Under the pieces are notes generated by a model. The model searched no databases, had not been told where the DNA came from, and saw only the letters and a list, made by a program, of their open reading frames with translations. DNA of 64,000 bases from a bacterium. GTDB lineage: Bacteria > Actinomycetota > Thermoleophilia > RBG-16-64-13. Made by a program: the position numbers and the translations under genes. Position 1 is the first letter of the stretch, and each line of letters opens with the position of its first letter. This document shows positions 44,402-52,236 of the stretch, piece by piece. Where the stretch lies: NCBI GenBank assembly GCA_043801935.1, contig JAZDLO010000058.1:7075-71074 (forward strand), read 5' to 3'.

Positions 44402-45886
44402 GTGCAAGAAGAGGAACGGGAATCCCAGGTTGAGGGTCTCGCTTCGCTCGCCGGCAAGTCTGTTTCACGGCGTGATTTCCTGAAGATGGCCGGCGTGGCC
44501 GGGGCGGCTGTCGGCGTGGGTGGCGGGCTGGCCGCCTTCATCGCCGGTTGCGGCGAGGAGACGACCACGACCACGGGCGGGGTCACGACAACCGGCGCTA
44601 CCACGGCCACGACCGCCGGCTCGACGACCACCGTTGCCGCCGGGCCCGAGATGGGCAGGGAGATCAAGTTCGGTTGCGTCTCTCCCCTCACCGGCCCCGC
44701 GTCGGCCTTTGGCATCCCCGACAAATGGATCCTGGACGAGTGGTTGGCTGCCGCCGGTGACGGGCTGGTCTTCGGCGACGGCATGAAGCACCCGATCAAG
44801 ATCGAGATGCGGGATAGCCAGTCGGATACCAACCGTGCAGCGCAGGTGGCTGGCGACCTCATCCAGAACGACAAGATCGACATGATGATGGTGTCTTCCA
44901 GCCCAGACACGGTCAACCCGGTGGCCGACCAGTGCGAGGCCCTGAGTATGCCGTGTCTGTCGAGCGACTGCCCCATGGAGCCGTACTACTTCGGCCGCGG
45001 TGCCACTCCCGACAAGCCGTTCAAGTGGACCTATCTGCTCTTCTGGGGGAACTACGAGCTCATGGAGGCCGCCAAGGTAGTCCTACCGCAGCTGCCTAAC
45101 AATAAGGTGGTCGGCGGCGTATGGTCCAACGAGGTCGACGGCGAGGCTCGGCGGCAGGCCCTCACGCCGTTCTTCGAGGAGAACGGCTACACAGTGGTAG
45201 ACGGCGGGCCATACCAGCCTGGTCAAGAGGACTACTCCTCCATGATCAACAACTTCAAGAAGGGCGGCGTGGAGATCGTCAGCTTCCTCGGTGTCCCGCC
45301 TGACATGGCCAACTTCTGGAAGCAGTGCCTCCAGCAAGGGTTCAATCCGGTTATTGCGGATATGGCCAAAGCCACGTTGTTCCCAACGGCGATGGAAGCC
45401 CTCGGAAACACAGGTTTCGGCATGATCGCCTGGTCATGGTGGCATCCGACCCTCCCGTGGAAGTCCTCCCTCACCGGCGAGGATTGCGCGACTATCGCCA
45501 CCCGCTTCGAAAAGGACACCGGCCAGCAGTGGACGCAACCGCTGTTGCACTACGTCACCTTCGAGTGGGCCGTGGACGTGTACAAGCGGGTCACCAACAT
45601 CGACGACAAAGAAGAGATCATGAAGGTCGTGGCCTCGAGCAAGATGGCGGACTCGATGGCCGGGGCGTTCGACTTCACCTCCCCGGTGGCGCCTAACAGC
45701 CGGCATATCGTGCCGAACGTCTACGGTACTCCGTGTTACTACGGGCAGTGGCTGGCGGCGACCAAGCAGTACCCATGGGACGTCCAGCAGTGGACGTACG
45801 ACTTGGTCCCCGTCGACAACACCATGTGCCCGGAACTCGCCATACAGAGCAAGCTGCAGCCCATCGACTACGCCTCCATGACTTAA
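44402..45886 (+). CDS. LivJ-type substrate-binding lipoprotein with Tat-like signal (SBP3)
   Basis: SRRDFLK, lipobox IAGC, and the linker GEETTTTTGGVTTTGATTATTAGSTTT. The body is paralogous to SBP4. AAAGGGGAGGGG SD. Confidence 0.9.
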   Translation: MQEEERESQVEGLASLAGKSVSRRDFLKMAGVAGAAVGVGGGLAAFIAGCGEETTTTTGGVTTTGATTATTAGSTTTVAAGPEMGREIKFGCVSPLTGPASAFGIPDKWILDEWLAAAGDGLVFGDGMKHPIKIEMRDSQSDTNRAAQVAGDLIQNDKIDMMMVSSSPDTVNPVADQCEALSMPCLSSDCPMEPYYFGRGATPDKPFKWTYLLFWGNYELMEAAKVVLPQLPNNKVVGGVWSNEVDGEARRQALTPFFEENGYTVVDGGPYQPGQEDYSSMINNFKKGGVEIVSFLGVPPDMANFWKQCLQQGFNPVIADMAKATLFPTAMEALGNTGFGMIAWSWWHPTLPWKSSLTGEDCATIATRFEKDTGQQWTQPLLHYVTFEWAVDVYKRVTNIDDKEEIMKVVASSKMADSMAGAFDFTSPVAPNSRHIVPNVYGTPCYYGQWLAATKQYPWDVQQWTYDLVPVDNTMCPELAIQSKLQPIDYASMT

Positions 45887-45974
45887 CTCAACTCGACTAC
45901 GACGTGAAGGTCATCGCCAACACTACGGCTTCCCCGATCGAAATGCAGGGCTCGCTGGAGCCGCAGGCCCAAGG

Positions 45975-46286
45975 TTGTGGCAGGCTGTGCAACCGGTCGT
46001 GGTGAACGTCGAGCTGTACGGGATCGTACGGGATCTGGTCAAGGATAGGAACGTGGAGGTCTGCCTTCCTGACCGGGAAGGCGCCTCGTACGGAGACGTG
46101 TTGGAGAACCTGGCGGAGCGGTACGGCCCTGCTTTTCGGGACCGGCTGTTCGGTAGCCAGGGCCTCCTGAGTTATGTGAAGGTCTATGCCGGTGGGAAGC
46201 CGGTCGAGGAGCTGGACCAGGCTCTGCCGGTCGGAGACGACCCGGCGGTGCGGATCATCGTCTTTGCGGCCGCGGGCGGCGGCTAG
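45975..46286 (+). CDS. MoaD/ThiS-like beta-grasp protein (C-terminal GGG); start uncertain
   Basis: VNVELYGIVRDLV...VKVYAGGKPV...IIVFAAAGGG has the MoaD-like length and terminus. Candidate starts are TTG 45975 or GTG 45999/46002. Confidence 0.55.
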   Translation: MWQAVQPVVVNVELYGIVRDLVKDRNVEVCLPDREGASYGDVLENLAERYGPAFRDRLFGSQGLLSYVKVYAGGKPVEELDQALPVGDDPAVRIIVFAAAGGG

Positions 46287-46374
46287 AGTCGGTCCCGGAG
46301 TTCTGGGTCGTTTCGGCCCGGAGCTCCGGGACCGGCGTCATTAGTCAGCGACTTGGCGACACGGAGTGAATCAT

Positions 46375-48960
46375 ATGAAAGATACGAAAACCGAGCGCGC
46401 TCACGAAGATGTGTGGATCCCCACTGTCTGTGCAAATTGCTTCTCGTTCTGCCCGATCAAGGCCCATCGCGTCGACGGAGTGATCACCAAGATCGAGGGT
46501 AACCCCGATGACCCCCTCACCCAGGGACGCATCTGTGCGCGGGGCTTGAGTGGGATCAACATCCTCTACGATCCCAACCGGCTCGATTATCCGATGAAGC
46601 GGACCAACCCGGAGAAGGGTCGAGGGATCGATCCCAAGTGGGAGCGTATCAGTTGGGACGAGGCGCTCGAGACGATCGCCGAGAAGCTGAAAGAAGTCCA
46701 CGAAGACGATCCTCGCAAGCTGGTCGCGAGCTTCGGAGTGAACGGCGGGCCGCAGTCTTACACGCTGGAGGCCTTCGCGGTGGCGTACGGCACCCCCAAC
46801 ATCTTTGTGGGCGGCGCTGGGAACCACTGCGCGAGCGGTAAGCACTTTATCGGAGGTCTGACACACGCAGCTTGGGTGTCGCAGCCCGACTACAACTACT
46901 GCAACTACTTCCTCAACTTCGGCGTGCCGGTCGGTACCGGCGCCTACTATGGGGTGAACACGACCGTCCGCAAGATGGCGGAAGCCCGGGCCCGGGGCAT
47001 GAAGCACGTGGTCCTCGACCCGTGGATGGGCATGCCGGCGCAGAGCGCGGACGAATGGATCCCGATCATCCCGGGCACGGATGCGGCCGTGGCTCTGGCC
47101 ATGGTCAACCTGCTTCTGAACGAGTACGGGGTCTTTGACCACGAGTATCTGGAGCATGAGACCAACGGTCCCTACCTTGTCGGCGACGACGGCCACTACG
47201 TGCGCGATGCCGATGGTAAGCCGCAGATGTGGGACTCGGTCGAGCGCCTGCCCAAAGCCTACGACGCCGACTTTCAACGGGTGGCGCTGGAGGTGGACGA
47301 GGTCGTCGAGGGACGGCGCGTCCGCAGCGCTTTCGGCGTCATCAAAGACCACGTCAAGAAGTACACCCCGGAGATGGCCGCCGACATCAGCGACGTGTCG
47401 GTAAAGACCATACGCCGGGTGGCACGCGAGTTTGGCGAGGCCGCCCGCATCGGCGACACGATCGTCCTAGAAGGGCACGAGCTTCCCTTCCGTCCGGTGG
47501 CCCTGGCCTACTTCAAAGGCCCACAGGCGCACCGGCATTCAGCCCTCATCTCCACTGCCCTGGAACTGCTCAGCGCAGTGGTCGGGGTCCGCGCGGTCCC
47601 GGGGAGCTACGTCGGGATCAACGCCCGCTCGGTCGGTCACCCCGAGACCGGCTTTCCCAAATGGTCGCCCACGGATGGCCCAGACGGGCTGCTCGTCACC
47701 GGCAGATGGGTGGTGCCGCCCTCGCAGCCATGGCCGCCCGTCTATCCCAAGAAGCCCATGGACCTGGGCCTTGCTCAGCTCATCCCGCCCTCCCACGGGA
47801 ATACGCCTATGCTCCCGCTGGTCGCCCAGGATCCGGAGAAGTACGGGATCGACTACAAGCCCGCCGTCCACCTGATGCTGTCCACCAACTTCGCCATGAG
47901 CCTGTCCGACCCGGAGAAGGTGGAGGGGTTCTTCAAGGAGGTGTTCACGGTCAACTTCAACATCTTCATGGACGAATCGGCGGAGTTGTCCGACATCGTC
48001 CTCCCCGACGCCAGCTACCTGGAGCGGCTGGACATCAACGCCGACTGGATGGCCAACGGGTGCGCCACCGACTCCTGGTCGTATCCGCTACGCCAACCGG
48101 CCATCGAGCCCGTAGCCGAGCGGCGGCCTGCGACCAAAGTCCTCCTCGAACTGGCGGAACGGATCGGACTGACCCCGGACATGAACGCAGTCATGAACGT
48201 CTCTCTCGGGTTCCGGGGACCACACCTGCTCGAATCGGACAAGAGCTACACGGCCGAAGAGCTGGTCGACCGGCGCTACAAGTCCTGGTTCGGGGACAAG
48301 TTCGACCTGGAGTGGATGAAGGCCAACGGCATCCTCGTCTGGCCCAAGAAGGCCGAGGAGGTCTATTGGCACCCCTTCGTGAAGACGCGCATCCCTATCT
48401 ACTTCGAGCACTTCCTCACGTTCAAGGAGATGCTCCAGGATATCCAGAAGGAGACCGGTCTGTTCCCGGATCTCGATCTGGAGGACTACCAGCCGTTCCC
48501 GGACTGGCGCCCTTGCACGTCTCACACCGAGTCCCGGCCCGAGTTCGATCTGACGGCCATCTACTTCCGGGTGCCCTTCCAGTCCTTCACCATGACGGGC
48601 AACAACGCCTGGCTCGATGAAGTGTCGGCCATCGACACCTACGCAAACACGCTTAACATCAACGCCGCCACGGCCGCCAAGAAAGGTATCAAGGACGGTG
48701 ACTGGATCGAGCTCGAGTCTGCCGCCAACGGTAATACCGTACGGGGACGGGCCCGGCTGACTCAGGGGGTGCACCCGGCGGTGATCGCCATGTCCGGTCA
48801 CGGGGGGCACTGGGCCAAAGGGCTGCCCCTGGCGAGCAAGCCGGGTAAGGGCATAAACTTCAATCGTCTTCTCAAGCAGGACTTCGAGCACATGGACACC
48901 CTCTCCTTGAACCTCGACCTCTGTGTGAAGGTCAAGGCGACAAAGGTGGCGGGGCCTTAG
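46375..48960 (+). CDS. Molybdopterin oxidoreductase catalytic subunit, Psr/Phs/Ttr-like, with N-terminal [4Fe-4S] motif and no Tat signal
   Basis: ATG 46375 lies 8 nt after GGAG. CANCFSFC...GRICARG (CxxCxxxC...C) begins at residue ~19. An in-frame stop at 46342 leaves no room for a signal peptide. Confidence 0.88.
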   Translation: MKDTKTERAHEDVWIPTVCANCFSFCPIKAHRVDGVITKIEGNPDDPLTQGRICARGLSGINILYDPNRLDYPMKRTNPEKGRGIDPKWERISWDEALETIAEKLKEVHEDDPRKLVASFGVNGGPQSYTLEAFAVAYGTPNIFVGGAGNHCASGKHFIGGLTHAAWVSQPDYNYCNYFLNFGVPVGTGAYYGVNTTVRKMAEARARGMKHVVLDPWMGMPAQSADEWIPIIPGTDAAVALAMVNLLLNEYGVFDHEYLEHETNGPYLVGDDGHYVRDADGKPQMWDSVERLPKAYDADFQRVALEVDEVVEGRRVRSAFGVIKDHVKKYTPEMAADISDVSVKTIRRVAREFGEAARIGDTIVLEGHELPFRPVALAYFKGPQAHRHSALISTALELLSAVVGVRAVPGSYVGINARSVGHPETGFPKWSPTDGPDGLLVTGRWVVPPSQPWPPVYPKKPMDLGLAQLIPPSHGNTPMLPLVAQDPEKYGIDYKPAVHLMLSTNFAMSLSDPEKVEGFFKEVFTVNFNIFMDESAELSDIVLPDASYLERLDINADWMANGCATDSWSYPLRQPAIEPVAERRPATKVLLELAERIGLTPDMNAVMNVSLGFRGPHLLESDKSYTAEELVDRRYKSWFGDKFDLEWMKANGILVWPKKAEEVYWHPFVKTRIPIYFEHFLTFKEMLQDIQKETGLFPDLDLEDYQPFPDWRPCTSHTESRPEFDLTAIYFRVPFQSFTMTGNNAWLDEVSAIDTYANTLNINAATAAKKGIKDGDWIELESAANGNTVRGRARLTQGVHPAVIAMSGHGGHWAKGLPLASKPGKGINFNRLLKQDFEHMDTLSLNLDLCVKVKATKVAGP

Positions 48961-49009
48961 GGGAACGGCTCGACCGCGCCGGCCTCGTGGAAAGGAGACA
49001 AGGGCTCTC

Positions 49010-49642
49010 ATGCGTTATGGAATGGTGATAGATCTCAAACGGTGCATCAGCTGCTATGCGTGTCAGGTAGCCTGCAAATCGGAGAACGCCACTCCGCCGG
49101 GTGTGCTCTACGCCTGGGCGTTCAGGATGGAAGAGGGCGAATACCCGAATACCCGGCAGGTCTACTTGCCCATGCTCTGCAATCACTGCGACGAGCCCAG
49201 CTGCGTCGACGTCTGCCCCACTGGGGCCACCTACAAGCGGGATGAGGACGGCATCGTCGTGATCGATGCGGGCAAATGTGTGGGCTGCCGAGCCTGTATG
49301 ACCGCCTGTCCGTATCATGCCCGCTACTATCTGGACCAGATCCGGAATTATTACCCCGGCCAAGGTCTCACCCCCTATGAAGAGGTGGGATACGAGAGGC
49401 ACAACGCGGGCACCGTCGAGAAGTGTAACTTCTGCGTCGAGCGGTTGGAGCGGGGGGAGGAGCCGGCCTGCGTGGCCAACTGCCCTGCCGTCGCCCGCAT
49501 ATTCGGTGACTTTGACGATCCCGACAGCGAAGTGAGCATACTGGTGAGCCGGGACGCCGGGTTCCAACTGCTGCCCGACTTGGGCAACGATCCTTCGGTC
49601 TACTATCTACCTGCCGAGAGGCCGGCCAAGGAGTCGCGATGA
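49010..49642 (+). CDS. 4x[4Fe-4S] ferredoxin subunit (PsrB/NrfC/DmsB-like)
   Basis: CISCYACQVACK, CNHCDEPSCVDVCP, CVGCRACMTACP, CNFCVERLERGEEPACVANCP. Confidence 0.9.
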   Translation: MRYGMVIDLKRCISCYACQVACKSENATPPGVLYAWAFRMEEGEYPNTRQVYLPMLCNHCDEPSCVDVCPTGATYKRDEDGIVVIDAGKCVGCRACMTACPYHARYYLDQIRNYYPGQGLTPYEEVGYERHNAGTVEKCNFCVERLERGEEPACVANCPAVARIFGDFDDPDSEVSILVSRDAGFQLLPDLGNDPSVYYLPAERPAKESR

Positions 49643-50535
49643 ACCGTTCGACAGTGACTCTCTATTCCGATCTAGGGGCCGTATACCGGCCGGAGCGGGT
49701 CTGGGCGGAAGGCCGGGCGGTCGCCTTGGTCCTCGCGCACTTCCTATCAGGGGCAGGCGCGGGGGCATGGCTGCTAGGACTGGTGCTCGACTTGCGGCTC
49801 GCTTTGGTACTCGGGCTTGGCGCCGTCGTCCTCGGCGGGATAGTACATCTCGGCTTTCTGGGGCATCCGGAACGAGCCTGGAAGATGATGATGCGTCCCC
49901 AGAGCTCCTGGATCAGCCGGGGTCTCTGGTCGATGATCGTGTTCGTCCCGACCGCGGCTCTGTACGTCGCTGCTGCCTACGGAGCCTGGAGCACGAGTTC
50001 GGCCTTCGCCATAGTCATGCTGGTGCTGTCCCTACTGGGTATGGCGGGCATATTCCTGTACAAAGGGTTCGTCTATGCCGTGTCGCGGGCCGTGCCGCTG
50101 TGGCACTCGCCGTTGCTACCTGTTTCGTACATCGCGATCGGGCTTCGGGGAGGCGCCGCCCTGGCCTTCGTGGGCCTGGCGTTCGTCGCCCCCGATTCTG
50201 AGATCCACTCCGCTCAGACATGGTGGCTGGCGGCTACGGTGGTGACCATCTTCCTGTTCGTGCTCGAGCTGGCGATGGGCCGGAGCGACTCGACCATATC
50301 CCGCTCGCTCGCGGTGCTCGCGCGGGGCTCGATCGCCTGGATCTTCTTCGTCGGAGCAGTGCTGCTGGGGGTTGTCATCCCGGCCGCGCTGGTGATCGCC
50401 AGCTACCCGGCCTCGATCGGCGTCGCCGGCTTCCTGATCGCCGGGGTCGCTTCGCTGGTGGGGGATCTGGCCTACAAGTACTGCATGAACACGGCGGGTA
50501 CCTACGTGCCTCTCGTCCCTGCTCGAGGCAAATAG
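49639..50535 (+). CDS. NrfD/PsrC-like polytopic membrane anchor
   Basis: 298 aa and strongly hydrophobic, with about 8 predicted helices. ATGA overlap with the ferredoxin gene. Confidence 0.8.
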   Translation: MNRSTVTLYSDLGAVYRPERVWAEGRAVALVLAHFLSGAGAGAWLLGLVLDLRLALVLGLGAVVLGGIVHLGFLGHPERAWKMMMRPQSSWISRGLWSMIVFVPTAALYVAAAYGAWSTSSAFAIVMLVLSLLGMAGIFLYKGFVYAVSRAVPLWHSPLLPVSYIAIGLRGGAALAFVGLAFVAPDSEIHSAQTWWLAATVVTIFLFVLELAMGRSDSTISRSLAVLARGSIAWIFFVGAVLLGVVIPAALVIASYPASIGVAGFLIAGVASLVGDLAYKYCMNTAGTYVPLVPARGK

Positions 50536-50565
50536 TGGTCCGCCGGTCGCGGTAGGGAGTCAAGT

Positions 50566-51144
50566 GTGGAATTGATCTTGGACGCGAAGAAGATGGCCCT
50601 GGTGGTCATCGACCTGCAGAAGGGGATCCTCGCTCTCCCCGCCGCCCCGTACTCTGCTGCCGAGGTGGTGGAGCGCGCGGCCGCGCTGTGCCGGGCCGCG
50701 CGCGAGGCTGAGGGTACCGTGGTCCTGGTGAGGGTCACGCCCTCGGCAGACGGCGGGGATGCGTTGCGGCCTCATGTCGATCAAGGCCCGTTGTCCGGTT
50801 CTCAGCCGCCTGCCGACTGGGCGGAGTTGTCTCCCGAGCTGGACATGCAGCCGGGAGATATCGTCATCACCAAGCGCCAATGGGGAGCCTTCTACGGAAC
50901 GGAGCTCGACTTACAGCTGCGTCGGCGCGGGGTGGACACCATCGTCCTGTGCGGCATCTCCGCGAACATAGGCGTCGAGTCCACGGCCCGTGACGCATAT
51001 GAGCGGGCCTACAATCTGATCATTGTCGAGGACGCCATCGCCGCCCGCACTGCAGAAGAGTACGCGTTTGTCATGCGGACGTTGTTTCCGCGGATCGGAC
51101 GGGTCCGTAAGACGGCAGAGCTTCTGGCAGCGCTGGAGGCTTGA
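50566..51144 (+). CDS. Isochorismatase-family hydrolase
   Basis: ALVVIDLQKG, ITKRQWGAFYGT, VLCGISANIGVESTARDA (Asp-Lys-Cys triad context). GTG start after GGGAG. Confidence 0.85.
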   Translation: MELILDAKKMALVVIDLQKGILALPAAPYSAAEVVERAAALCRAAREAEGTVVLVRVTPSADGGDALRPHVDQGPLSGSQPPADWAELSPELDMQPGDIVITKRQWGAFYGTELDLQLRRRGVDTIVLCGISANIGVESTARDAYERAYNLIIVEDAIAARTAEEYAFVMRTLFPRIGRVRKTAELLAALEA

Positions 51145-51308
51145 CCGGCGGCGACAGGATCGAGTCGTGACCGGCCAAGAGTCGCCGCGACCGAGTCGTC
51201 GCCTGGATCCGAACGCGGCGCCCGGGCGTCGGTGGGTTGTGCGGGTAGACTGTTCCTGACGGCAACCGGGGCAGCACGTTTTTCCCAAGCGAGTTGAGGA
51301 GGAGATCA

Positions 51309-52208
51309 GTGAAAACCATAGGTTTTCTTGGCATGGGTGTAATGGGCTCGCGGATGTCAGCTCGTCTGTTGGCCGCCGGCCACGAAGTCACGGTGTGGAA
51401 CCGCACCGCGGAAAAAACGGTCCCGTTGGCGGAGAAGGGCGCGGCAGTCGCGGTTTCCCCGGCCGAGGCGGCGGCGGGCAAGGACATGGTTCTCAGCAAT
51501 CTGACCGACGGACCGGCGCTGAAGAGCGTGATCCTGGGGCCGGGAGGCGTTCTGGAGGCCGTTCCCCTACCCGGGCTGTTCGTCGACTTCGCCACGATCG
51601 CGCCTTCGGAATCCGCTGAGATCGCCGCGATGCTCGAGCCGCGCGGCGTCGACTTCCTTCGGGCGCCGGTCAGCGGGACCATGGCTGTGGCCGAAGCGGG
51701 CAAGCTGACCATCATCACCTCCGGCGACCGGGCGGTGTTCGACGCAGCCGACCCGGTTCTGGCCGTATTGGGCGAGACCCGCTACTACGTCGGTCCCGGG
51801 GAGAACTCCCGCTACTTGAAGCTCATCCACCAGATCATGATCGCAGCCACCATGCAGGTGTGGGCCGAGGGTCTGGTGATGGGTGAAAAGGCCGGGCTCG
51901 ACTGGGAGATCATGCTGGAAGTACTGCGCAACAGCGCGGTGGGTTCTGGCGCGGTGAAGGGCAAGATCCCTTCCCTGGCTATCCGGGACTACGACCACCC
52001 GGCGATGAGTATGCACAACATCGTCAAGGACGTCGACCTGGCCCTCATGGCGGCGGACGAGGTGGGGGTCGAGTTGCCGGCGACCAGATGGGTGCGCGAG
52101 CTCTACGATCGGGGCCTCGCGGCCGGGTTCGAGTGGAAGGACTACTCGGCGATCATACTGGAACTAGAGAAGCGCGCCGGGCTGGAGCCTCTGGAGATGG
52201 CGACGTGA
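51309..52208 (+). CDS. NAD(P)-dependent beta-hydroxyacid dehydrogenase (3-hydroxyisobutyrate dehydrogenase family)
   Basis: IGFLGMGVMGSRMSARLLAAGHEVTVWNRT Rossmann motif. GTG 51309 follows GAGGAGGAG. Confidence 0.85.
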   Translation: MKTIGFLGMGVMGSRMSARLLAAGHEVTVWNRTAEKTVPLAEKGAAVAVSPAEAAAGKDMVLSNLTDGPALKSVILGPGGVLEAVPLPGLFVDFATIAPSESAEIAAMLEPRGVDFLRAPVSGTMAVAEAGKLTIITSGDRAVFDAADPVLAVLGETRYYVGPGENSRYLKLIHQIMIAATMQVWAEGLVMGEKAGLDWEIMLEVLRNSAVGSGAVKGKIPSLAIRDYDHPAMSMHNIVKDVDLALMAADEVGVELPATRWVRELYDRGLAAGFEWKDYSAIILELEKRAGLEPLEMAT

Positions 52209-52236
52209 CGGCGGCGAGCGGGGGGGTCAAGCAGTG

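Noticed and set aside
51162-51198. Three GAGTCG direct repeats at 14-17-nt spacing upstream of the beta-hydroxyacid dehydrogenase gene.
   Set aside because: A 6-mer in GC-rich DNA with irregular spacing is easily a chance occurrence.
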